Shown: piece by piece, positions 45,321 to 53,495 of the stretch
Layout of the letters: each line of letters starts with the position of its first letter
How positions within the stretch are numbered: the first letter of the stretch is position 1
From: an uncultured Erysipelotrichaceae bacterium
GTDB taxonomy: Bacteria; Bacillota_I; Bacilli_A; Erysipelotrichales; Erysipelotrichaceae
NCBI GenBank assembly: GCA_902773425.1
Contig: CACYEP010000075.1
Span: 1 to 54,253, forward strand
Length of the DNA stretch: 54,253 bases
Direction: 5' to 3'
Translations under genes and position numbers: made by a program
The notes under the pieces: model-generated
Databases searched by the model: none
Seen by the model: only the letters and a program-made list of their open reading frames with translations
What the model was told of the DNA's origin: nothing

Positions 45321-48300
45321 ATTCTACGGTAAGCAGGATTCTTGCCCGGTGGTATGTATCCAGGGACAAACTGTAGGTGATGTCCTGTTTATTGGAAGTG
45401 GACGAATCGATGCGGCGGTAGAACGGATCGGACAGTTCGCCGTAGTCCTTGATGCCGTCGGTCGAAGTTGTCACGATATACAGCGCGTAGGTTCCTTTCG
45501 GCAATTCCGCCAGACTTTGCGTGCACGAGAACCATGCGGCATTCTTGGCTTTTCCGTCCGGTACCCGCAAGGTGATTTCATAGTCGCCTTTTTCCAGATA
45601 TCCGATATCGTAGGTGAACCGCTCAAAGGTATCCAGATTTTCAAACACCAGCTGTCTTTGTACGTTGGCGGAATACTCCGCTCCTAAGGCAAACGCCGTA
45701 CCCTTCAGAATCAGATTGTCACTGTTTAACTGAAGATTCGTGTAATCGATGAAGGAGTTCGCCAGGGTTGGTTTTTCATCCGCGGACAGTAGTCCGTTAT
45801 GCCGGACAATGAGTTCCAGCGGTATCGTCTTTAACATGGTGTCGCTGCGAAGTTCCAGTCCGGTTCCTTCAGAATTGACGAAACGCTGTGCAATCCGGAG
45901 AGAGAAAGAATTGTTCAGAAGAACCGTTGTGTAATAGGTTCCGTTGTCAGAAACAACGGTCATGCGGTAGTTTCCGTCCGGCACACCCGCGAAATCCAAT
46001 TCTGCGTTGAACCATGCGCCGTTGAAATCGTATTTGATGGACGGCACGGTCGAAGTATCGAACGGATGTTCGGATACATCGTCCCATCGTGTCATCGTCA
46101 AAAGTCTCTTTTCCCCGCTACGTTCATTTTCCAGCAGCATATGGAATACAATCGGATCGGAAGGCGCATTGTCCATTCCTTCAATCGCCAACATTCCTTT
46201 CATCACAATTCCGTTTTTCGCGGAATTGTAGGAAATCGAATCCAGATAGAACATGTTTTCGGACTTCTGCGTCAGATTGGTGAAATAGGAATCAACATCC
46301 GACGGATCGGAGCCTGGGTCAGGATCCGGGTTGACCTGTGTATTATCATCGTGCAAGTCGGAATTATCCGTTGCCGCACCGGAAGCCTTATGAGTGATCG
46401 GATCTTCAAAGTACGCTGCCTTGACCCATCCGGTCTTGTTGTTTGTCGCATTGGTGGTGATCTTTAACCATTCGCCGGATCTCTCCAGCACCGCGACACC
46501 TTCCCGGTAATAGGTGACCACATTGATCTTGGTCGAGGAGGTATCGGCTTTCGCGTAGACCGGAGCTTCCACAACGGAATTGATTGTTCCGGCTCTTACC
46601 GCGTAGATTCCGTCGACATCTTTCGCGTCGGAAGCCTTGATCCATCCGCATAAGCCTTTCGCGGTATTGTAGACGATCTTGTAGGCATAGTTCCCGTTTT
46701 GGGTGTACCCTGTTTCATCGGAATAGATGACCGCATCCTTCGCAACCGTCACATTGACCGGATTCTCCAGATACGCGTCGGTATACACCTGTGTTTTCGC
46801 GGTAACCTGAACCGTCTTCTTTTCATCCTTGATACGGAGCTTGTTGATGAAGACGCTGTTTTTCGGGGAAACATACATCTCTGCCGGATTATTGACGATT
46901 GTCACATCCGACTTTAATACGTACGCATAGGTGTTTTCCAAGTCGAATTTTGTGGTGTTTCCGGAATCGGTCCAATCCGGCGCATCGGCTAAAGACGCAT
47001 CCCGGATTACCTTGTAGTAATCGCCTTCTTCTCCCAATACGGCATATGCCGAATACCGTACATATCTTGAGCCGGTACCGTTGGAGTTGTAGATATATTT
47101 GCCGTTTGGCTTGTCATACAGTTTGATAAATGTCTTATTGGATAATGCCAGGGTATAGGTGTTATAGTCCCTGGAACCCATTGCCAGATCGAATTGATAG
47201 TAATACGACGCCGCTTTTTCTCCCCATAACGGATCGGATGCGTAGGAAACGTTCGCCCCGCCGTCCTTATTTCCTAAGAACGCGCCGTTGTAGTAGCCGC
47301 TTCCGGTTGCTACAAGATATGAACTTGTCAGCAAATCCGCCGCGGAGAAAATCGACTCCATAACGGAGGAATAGGTGCTGGCAGCGCCAGGGTCGGAGTC
47401 ATACGCGTTGATTCCGAAAAGATTACGCCGGTTGACTGCGAACCAGGACTGTCCCCATCCGGTTTCATTGACCGAAATGGAATACAAGATGATCGGATTG
47501 ATGCCGTAGATCTGTTGGGTCTGCATGAAATATGTCCCCGATCCGTACAATACCGATTCGTCGCTGACTGCGTAGCCGTTTTTCAGCTGATACGCAAACC
47601 CGTTGAAGCCTAATTCCTTGAAATATTGATCCATTTCCGCCGCGCTGTACGAAGTTGAAGTATGGAACGGAAGGAATTGATAGTAGTTGGCCCACGGTGT
47701 CTGATTGACGGCGTGTTCATGCGTGCGGTCGTTTAAATCGTCGACCATCGCGGTATATGATGTGTAGAAATAATGCTGGTCTGCGCTGTAGTACTTCACA
47801 CCGGTTTCAAAGAAATCCGGCGCTTTTCCTAAGGTTACCGATGTCTGTCCGTACTTGTTGGCACTGGATTTGGTGATGGCCGCCTGGTAGTAATGCACAA
47901 TGGAACCCTTATTATTTTTAACAAAGTATTCCATAGGCTGCTGGAGGGAAATCGGTATGATGTCATATTGGTGATAATCATCCATGACCCGGTAAATTCT
48001 TGAATGAAGGCCGCCGATATAGGTGCCTACATAGAAGTCCGGACCGCTTGACAACGCATCATAACCCGAATCGGCATACAGACATACACCGCCGGAATAG
48101 TAATATCCGTTCGCATATTCCTTGCGGTTTCGAACCGTCGAGCCGTCTTCCAGGATTACGTACATGTATGAGTTTGTGGAAACATTCGGAACCGCGGAGA
48201 AATCTAATGTCGCATAGCGCGAAGTAACCAATTCACTGTTATAGAATAAGGAAGCGACCGAATACTCCGTGGAAGTTCTCGTACGCAGAAGTTCTATGCC

Positions 48301-48474
48301 TTCCTGATAGCTTTCCACTTTCACCGAGTCTGCCACCGCTCCGTCATTTTGCACGTTTCCTACCCAATATCCGCTGAATTTCGCGGAATAGGCGGAAGTT
48401 TTCTTCAACGGCGTCAAAATTAGAACAGAAAAGAAGAGAACCAGACTCAGCAGAAGTTTCAGTAAGTTTTTCAC
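45319..48474 (-). CDS. secreted multidomain cell-wall hydrolase: GH73-type N-acetylglucosaminidase core, SH3b-like repeats, two C-terminal repeat modules
   Basis: GTG start with an AGGAGG RBS and a signal peptide. YGINPIILYSISVNETGWGQS...NLFGINAYDS...YASDPLWGEK resembles the mannosyl-glycoprotein endo-beta-N-acetylglucosaminidase domain. GWIKASD and GWVKAAYF are SH3b-like. The N-terminal ~290 aa and C-terminal ~330 aa are unassigned. Confidence 0.7.
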   Translation of the reverse strand: MKNLLKLLLSLVLFFSVLILTPLKKTSAYSAKFSGYWVGNVQNDGAVADSVKVESYQEGIELLRTRTSTEYSVASLFYNSELVTSRYATLDFSAVPNVSTNSYMYVILEDGSTVRNRKEYANGYYYSGGVCLYADSGYDALSSGPDFYVGTYIGGLHSRIYRVMDDYHQYDIIPISLQQPMEYFVKNNKGSIVHYYQAAITKSSANKYGQTSVTLGKAPDFFETGVKYYSADQHYFYTSYTAMVDDLNDRTHEHAVNQTPWANYYQFLPFHTSTSYSAAEMDQYFKELGFNGFAYQLKNGYAVSDESVLYGSGTYFMQTQQIYGINPIILYSISVNETGWGQSWFAVNRRNLFGINAYDSDPGAASTYSSVMESIFSAADLLTSSYLVATGSGYYNGAFLGNKDGGANVSYASDPLWGEKAASYYYQFDLAMGSRDYNTYTLALSNKTFIKLYDKPNGKYIYNSNGTGSRYVRYSAYAVLGEEGDYYKVIRDASLADAPDWTDSGNTTKFDLENTYAYVLKSDVTIVNNPAEMYVSPKNSVFINKLRIKDEKKTVQVTAKTQVYTDAYLENPVNVTVAKDAVIYSDETGYTQNGNYAYKIVYNTAKGLCGWIKASDAKDVDGIYAVRAGTINSVVEAPVYAKADTSSTKINVVTYYREGVAVLERSGEWLKITTNATNNKTGWVKAAYFEDPITHKASGAATDNSDLHDDNTQVNPDPDPGSDPSDVDSYFTNLTQKSENMFYLDSISYNSAKNGIVMKGMLAIEGMDNAPSDPIVFHMLLENERSGEKRLLTMTRWDDVSEHPFDTSTVPSIKYDFNGAWFNAELDFAGVPDGNYRMTVVSDNGTYYTTVLLNNSFSLRIAQRFVNSEGTGLELRSDTMLKTIPLELIVRHNGLLSADEKPTLANSFIDYTNLQLNSDNLILKGTAFALGAEYSANVQRQLVFENLDTFERFTYDIGYLEKGDYEITLRVPDGKAKNAAWFSCTQSLAELPKGTYALYIVTTSTDGIKDYGELSDPFYRRIDSSTSNKQDITYSLSLDTYHRARILLTVE

Positions 48475-48656
48475 GGTCTTCCTCCTTTCGTGTATACAAA
48501 ACCACGTTAATTATATCACGTGCATTCTGAATCGTCTCTAAAAGATAAGGAAAGACTTGCGCACCGGAAAACGTGAATCGGACAGAAAAACAGTGAAAAA
48601 ACCTCAATAATGCAGGAAAACAGGCATGATTTCGATGATTATGAAGCGGGGGAAGA

Positions 48657-48685
48657 TTGACTTGCGGTTTTTATTTCGATATAAT
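48657..48685 (+). promoter_or_regulatory. near-consensus sigma-A promoter of rpmH
   Basis: TTGACT (48657-48662), a 17-nt spacer, then TATAAT (48680-48685), 50 nt upstream of the rpmH ATG. Confidence 0.6.
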
Positions 48686-48735
48686 CTTAAAGCAATTCTT
48701 ATACGGACAGTAGAAAAGTAGAAGGAGGAACAACT

Positions 48736-48876
48736 ATGTACGGACAAAGAACATACACTCCGAGCAAACGGAAATATCAGCGTCGTCACGGTTTCCGTGC
48801 CCGCATGTCTACCCCGGGTGGACGTAAAGTATTAGCTCGCCGCAGAGCGAAAGGCAGAAAGAGACTTTCCGCATAA
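48736..48876 (+). CDS. rpmH: 50S ribosomal protein L34
   Basis: Not on the ORF track because it is shorter than 60 aa. GAAGGAGG RBS. Translates as [46 protein letters not shown], the canonical L34 sequence. Confidence 0.9.
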   Translation: MYGQRTYTPSKRKYQRRHGFRARMSTPGGRKVLARRRAKGRKRLSA

Positions 48877-48877
48877 A

Positions 48878-48899
48878 GTCACCGCTCGGTGGCTTTTTT
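48878..48899 (+). terminator. weak hairpin plus T6 between rpmH and rnpA (probable partial terminator)
   Basis: GTCACC (48878-48883), loop GCTC, GGTGGC (48888-48893), then TTTTTT (48894-48899). Confidence 0.5.
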
Positions 48900-48909
48900 C
48901 TTAAAACGC

Positions 48910-49260
48910 ATGATCAAAGCGCGCAGAATCAAAAAGTCTGAAGAATTTCAGGAAATGGTTCATAAAGCGGATAAGACAGTATCCGCTCTTTATGTCGTTT
49001 ATCACCGCGAAAAGAAAGAAGAACAGAACCGGATCGGGATTTCCGTCTCGAAAAAACTCGGAAACGCGGTCGTACGGAACAAAATCAAGCGTCAGGTGCG
49101 CAGCATCGTCAATGAAACCGGCGCTCTGGACATAGACCGCGACATGATTGTAATCGTGCGCAAAGGATACAATACGCAGGATTACCAAGCTTCAAAAAAG
49201 TGCTTTCAAACCGTACTGAAACACGTTACAATTAACAAGTACCAAAAAGGAGAATGTTAG
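48910..49260 (+). CDS. rnpA: ribonuclease P protein component
   Basis: RIGISVSKKLGNAVVRNKIKRQVR is the RNR motif region. Start at ATG 48910, because the tracked GTG at 48889 lies in the terminator hairpin. Confidence 0.85.
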   Translation: MIKARRIKKSEEFQEMVHKADKTVSALYVVYHREKKEEQNRIGISVSKKLGNAVVRNKIKRQVRSIVNETGALDIDRDMIVIVRKGYNTQDYQASKKCFQTVLKHVTINKYQKGEC

Positions 49261-50163
49261 ATGTTAAACAAAAAGTCTCTTAAGACCAAAAAGATCCTTA
49301 CGCTCCTTCTTCTGGCAGGCCTCATGCTGCTTCTTGCCGGCTGCCAGAGAAACGTGGACGCGGAAGGTCATACTCTCCCGGAAAAAATTATCTACTTAAC
49401 AACAACTTGGGGAGAAATGTTTAAAAACGAAGGATTACTTACCTGCTTAATCGTTTACCCGCTGGCGCAGTGCATCAACTTCTTAGCGAAGTATCTGAAT
49501 GTCGGATTGGCAATTGTACTTACTGCCATCCTGTTGCACCTGGTCCTTCTGAAAGTTACCGCGAAGTCTACGGTAGCAAGCCAGAAGATGCAGGTCTTAC
49601 AGCCGGAGTTACAAAAAATCCAGCAGAAGTATGAAGGACGTACGGATTCCAATGCCCAGCAGGCGCAGGCAATGGAAATGCAGAAACTCTATCAGAAGTA
49701 CGACATCAACCCGTTAACCACGATGATCATGCCGTTTATCCAGCTTCCGATTCTGATCTGCATGTACTACGCAGTACAGCGCGCGGACGCAGTCGTCAAC
49801 GGAACCTTATTCGGTGTTAACTTAACTACCACACCGAACCAGGCGCTGGCGCTTCATTCCACCTCCGGTTACCTCTTATTCGGCATCTATGTATTAATGA
49901 TCGTTGCGCAGTTCTTCTCCATGAAGATTACGAAATGGATGGCGGATGCCAAGAACAAGAAAGATCACAAAGTACGTGATTACGACAAGAAGACTTCCAA
50001 CACCCAGGCTTCCATGCAGATGATGACCTACATGATGCTGGTGATGGTTGCCCTGTTCGGTTTCAACTGGCCGACCGCGATGTCTCTTTATTGGTTGATT
50101 TCTTCCCTGATCAGTGTCCTGAAGACCGTTTACGTTCAGAAGAGGTATATTGAAAATGCCTAG
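49261..50163 (+). CDS. yidC: membrane protein insertase YidC/SpoIIIJ (lipoprotein type)
   Basis: Lipobox LLLAGC. Conserved YidC core helices (MQVLQPELQKIQQKY..., NPL...MPFIQLPI). Position after rnpA. Confidence 0.9.
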   Translation: MLNKKSLKTKKILTLLLLAGLMLLLAGCQRNVDAEGHTLPEKIIYLTTTWGEMFKNEGLLTCLIVYPLAQCINFLAKYLNVGLAIVLTAILLHLVLLKVTAKSTVASQKMQVLQPELQKIQQKYEGRTDSNAQQAQAMEMQKLYQKYDINPLTTMIMPFIQLPILICMYYAVQRADAVVNGTLFGVNLTTTPNQALALHSTSGYLLFGIYVLMIVAQFFSMKITKWMADAKNKKDHKVRDYDKKTSNTQASMQMMTYMMLVMVALFGFNWPTAMSLYWLISSLISVLKTVYVQKRYIENA

Positions 50164-50785
50164 ACTCGAAGGAAAAACGGTTGAGGAAATCCTGAACCAG
50201 TACGCAAAAGAAAAAGGAATCAGCACCGAAGATGTCCATTATACCGTCGTAGAAGAAAAACGCGGAATCTTGGGACTCGGAAGCCATTATGTGCTGGATG
50301 TTACCTCGGATAAGGAAATTGAAGAATTCCTTCATGATTATTTAGACAAATATTTCAAAGGCTTGGAAATGGACGTTGATGTGGATGTCACCAAGGAAGA
50401 CGATATCTTCCATGTCGACCTCAATGCTGACAACAACGCAATTCTGATCGGACGCGGCGGCACAACTCTGCAGGCAATCAACACGGTTGTCCGCGGCGCA
50501 GCTTCCAGTGCGTTTAAGAAGAAGGTTCAGGTCGTTGTCGATATCAATGGTTACAAGGAAGAACGTTATGAACGTCTGGAACTCACCGCGTTAGGTGTGG
50601 CAAAGACCGTACAGCGTTCCAAACAGTCCGCCCTTCTCGATCCGATGCCGGCAGACGAACGGAAAGTGATCCATCAGTACTTAAACAATATGGAACACAT
50701 CCGCACAGTCTCCGAGGGTGAAGGAAGAGACCGTGCTATCCGGATCATCTATACTCCGGAAGCTCATCCGGCCAAGGAAGACTAA
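50156..50785 (+). CDS. jag: RNA-binding protein Jag/KhpB (Jag_N, KH and R3H domains)
   Basis: EGKTVEEILNQYAKEKGIS N-domain, IGRGGTTLQAINTV (the KH GxxG), and an R3H-type C-terminus (ERKVIHQYL). Start at ATG 50156, overlapping yidC by 8 nt. Confidence 0.85.
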   Translation: MPRLEGKTVEEILNQYAKEKGISTEDVHYTVVEEKRGILGLGSHYVLDVTSDKEIEEFLHDYLDKYFKGLEMDVDVDVTKEDDIFHVDLNADNNAILIGRGGTTLQAINTVVRGAASSAFKKKVQVVVDINGYKEERYERLELTALGVAKTVQRSKQSALLDPMPADERKVIHQYLNNMEHIRTVSEGEGRDRAIRIIYTPEAHPAKED

Positions 50786-50796
50786 GACATACAAAA

Positions 50797-50830
50797 AGCC
50801 GCTCAGAATCGCATCTGAACGGCTTTTTTA
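50797..50830. terminator. bidirectional terminator after jag, shared with the convergent membrane-protein gene
   Basis: AGCCGCTCAGA (50797-50807), a 6-nt loop, TCTGAACGGCT (50814-50824) with one G-U pair, then TTTTT. Confidence 0.7.
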
Positions 50831-50836
50831 TGTGAT

Positions 50837-51418
50837 TTAGTATGCTTCGCTGTAATCTTCGTTTTCCATGGCGTCCTCGAAGGATTCCGGGACGTATTCG
50901 TATTCCTGCGGATTTGTTTCATCTGGGTGATGGAAGAATCCGAAATAGATGTACGCGACAGCCGGAATCAGCAGCCAGAAAAAGAGCCACCATTCCGCGC
51001 CTCCGACATTGCGCGTGTAAGTCATCTTGATTTGGCAATGCAGTACAATGATATATATCATGCACGCCAACAGAATCAGTGTGAAGATTGCGGTGAATAA
51101 CAGGAAAACTCCCGGCGCCGACTCGACATGCTCAATGAATCCGTAAACCGGATCGTTTTCAAATGTCACGGTGCTGTTGGTATACATGATGATGCCGAGA
51201 ATAAGAATTCCGAAAAAGCTTACCAGAAGCGCAATCGAAGCGTACAGCTGCCTGTATCCTTTCTTTTCTTCGTTGACCATCTTTGCGAAAGTTAAATCGT
51301 TATAGAACGGGATCAGCGCCTTCCAGCCTTCAACGCCTTGATTGGAAAAAATTTTCCATAAACCGATGATAGATAAAAGCCATACGATATCGGAATAGAT
51401 TGAAACGGACAAAGTCAT
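50837..51418 (-). CDS. small multi-pass membrane protein (DUF5684-like)
   Basis: GVEGWKALIPFYN resembles the DUF5684 signature. Four hydrophobic helices. The family call is tentative. Confidence 0.5.
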   Translation of the reverse strand: MTLSVSIYSDIVWLLSIIGLWKIFSNQGVEGWKALIPFYNDLTFAKMVNEEKKGYRQLYASIALLVSFFGILILGIIMYTNSTVTFENDPVYGFIEHVESAPGVFLLFTAIFTLILLACMIYIIVLHCQIKMTYTRNVGGAEWWLFFWLLIPAVAYIYFGFFHHPDETNPQEYEYVPESFEDAMENEDYSEAY

Positions 51419-51455
51419 AAAGATCTCTTCAACCTCCTTCTTCTATATATTAAGT

Positions 51456-52355
51456 TTAACCGAGCTTTTTCTCTTTTACAAACGACAAATACTCTTCCAT
51501 GTCTTCCGGAAGCGGAACCGACATATCTACCGTCTTTTGGGTAAAGGGATGTTTAAACACAAGATGACACGCGCTCAGCAGCACCCGGTTTGTATAGGCG
51601 GTATCTCCTCCGTATAACGCATCCCCGACAAGCGGATGACCGTAATGCGCAAACCCTGCACGGATCTGGTGGGACCTGCCGGTACGGATCGTCACGCGGA
51701 CTAAACTCACTCCCGGGTAAGACTTTTCTACAGAGTATAAGGTAACACAAGGCTTTCCTTTATCAGATACCCGGCGTGCTTTTTCTCCCGGGATGATTTC
51801 AATTCCATAGGTCCATGTGCCTTCCGGCGGATCGACCGTACCCCCGGCAACCGCAAGGTACTCTTTCCGGATCCCTCCGGCATCTTTCATGCGGGATAAG
51901 GCTGCGGCAGCCTCCTTGGTCTTCGCATACAGCATAATCCCCGAAACATCTTTATCCAAGCGCCCGACGGCACGCACCGGGTGCTTCTTCCCTAAGTAGT
52001 TCTGAAGAAGAGTTCCGAGATCATCGGATTTATGTTCCCTGGAAGAATGACACGCCATGCCTCTGGGCTTATTGACCAGAACCAGATATTCATCTTCATA
52101 TAAGATTTCCGGTATGCCGGACATGCGTTCCTGTTTGGCGGTGTCCCGGTACGGGAAAACAATTTTCAGACTGTCGCCTTCCGCAAGAGTTTGAGTCAGC
52201 CGGCAGGACTCTCCGTTCAGGAAGATGCCGCGCGTCTGAAAGATCCGGGTGATCTCCCGGCGGGATAAACCGGACGCGGACAAGAAGTCTTTTACTTTTT
52301 TTCCTGTATCCGGCGCAGTGATTACATAAGTAAGTTCGTGTTTCATTGTCTTCAT
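51456..52355 (-). CDS. RluA-family 23S rRNA/tRNA pseudouridine synthase with an N-terminal S4-like domain
   Basis: VRAVGRLDKDVSGIMLYAK carries the catalytic Asp motif, followed by RTGRSHQIRAGFA. The tracked ORF (to 52709) runs antisense into the macro gene. The homologous part begins at MKTMKHELTYV, so the start is 52355 or 52346. Confidence 0.8.
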   Translation of the reverse strand: MKTMKHELTYVITAPDTGKKVKDFLSASGLSRREITRIFQTRGIFLNGESCRLTQTLAEGDSLKIVFPYRDTAKQERMSGIPEILYEDEYLVLVNKPRGMACHSSREHKSDDLGTLLQNYLGKKHPVRAVGRLDKDVSGIMLYAKTKEAAAALSRMKDAGGIRKEYLAVAGGTVDPPEGTWTYGIEIIPGEKARRVSDKGKPCVTLYSVEKSYPGVSLVRVTIRTGRSHQIRAGFAHYGHPLVGDALYGGDTAYTNRVLLSACHLVFKHPFTQKTVDMSVPLPEDMEEYLSFVKEKKLG

Positions 52356-52451
52356 TGTAGCTTGTATTGAAAAAATCGTAAACTTGAGTTTCCTGGAAGA
52401 TATTTCGTACAGAAAACATGATAAAGTGATAATGGATAAGGAAGTGATCGG

Positions 52452-53495
52452 ATGCCCTATTTTTTGGTTAGAAACGATATCGTAAAAATGAAAACGGATG
52501 TTATTGTGAACGCATCCAACCCGGACCCGGTGGTAGGAAGCGGTGTGGATACCGCAATTCATAATGCGGCCGGACCGGAATTGCTGGAAGCACGGAAGAA
52601 ATTCGGCAGACTGTATCCCGGACAATGCGTAATAACGGAAGGATTCCGTCTTCCGGCTAAGTATGTGATTCATGCCGTAGGCCCTGCGTATGCGAACGGA
52701 ACTTATCATGAAGAGGAAACTCTTGCGTCCTGTTACCGCAATGCCATGGATCTTGCGCTGGAATACAAGGCCGAATCCATCGCATTTCCGCTTCTGTCGG
52801 CAGGAAACTACGGATTCCCGGCAGATCTCGCATTAAAAATTGCGGTTCATACCGTCAGTGCGTATCTTCTGGAACATGATCTGACGGTATATATCGTTGT
52901 GTTCGGCAGGAAGGAGTATTCCCTGTCGCAGAAGATCTCCGGGTCGGTTGAATCCGAAATCGATGATGACTATGCGAAAGCCGCAAGGATGGAGGAATAT
53001 CCCGCCGGCAGGGACACCCTAAGTGTTGAAAGACGCAGGCGTCAGGCTTATGTTAACTCGTTGTCTTATAAAGGCGCAGCCCCCGGTGCTTTCGCTTCTG
53101 TGTCAGACGCGGTTCCTGCCGGATTGATTGACAAATTCCTGAAGGAAAAGAAGGCAGGATTCTCGGAAACTCTTCTGAAATTGATTGACCGCACAGGGAA
53201 AAAGGACTCCGAAGTATACAGTGCGGCCAATGTCGACCGGAAACTGTTTTCCAAGATCCGTTCCAATCCGGCATATCATCCGAAGAAAGAGACGGCCCTG
53301 GCCTTTGCGTTTGCGCTGAAACTGAACCTCGAAGAGACTAAAAATCTGTTGGGGACTGCCGGATATGCCCTGTCCAGATCTTCTGAGGCGGATATCATCG
53401 CAGAATACTACATTGTGCATAAGTGCTATAAAATTGATGAGCTGAACATTGAATTGTTCAACCGCGGATTGCCCGGACTCGGAGGACGTTCCTGA
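52452..53495 (+). CDS. macro-domain protein (MacroD/YmdB-like ADP-ribose hydrolase/binding) fused to a C-terminal XRE-like helix-turn-helix region
   Basis: N-terminus VIVNASN...GSGVDTAIHNAAGPELL...YVIHAVGP...IAFPLLSAGNYGFP is macro-like. The C-terminus FSETLLKLIDRTGKKDSEVYSAANVDRKLFSKIRS...ALAFAFALKLNLEETKNLL looks like a Cro/C1-type HTH. Confidence 0.8.
   Translation: MPYFLVRNDIVKMKTDVIVNASNPDPVVGSGVDTAIHNAAGPELLEARKKFGRLYPGQCVITEGFRLPAKYVIHAVGPAYANGTYHEEETLASCYRNAMDLALEYKAESIAFPLLSAGNYGFPADLALKIAVHTVSAYLLEHDLTVYIVVFGRKEYSLSQKISGSVESEIDDDYAKAARMEEYPAGRDTLSVERRRRQAYVNSLSYKGAAPGAFASVSDAVPAGLIDKFLKEKKAGFSETLLKLIDRTGKKDSEVYSAANVDRKLFSKIRSNPAYHPKKETALAFAFALKLNLEETKNLLGTAGYALSRSSEADIIAEYYIVHKCYKIDELNIELFNRGLPGLGGRS

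Noticed and set aside
52356-52709. N-terminal 118 residues of tracked ORF 51456..52709
   Set aside because: This part runs antisense through the start of the macro-domain gene and has no similarity to pseudouridine synthases. The homologous protein begins at MKTMKHELTYV (52355/52346).
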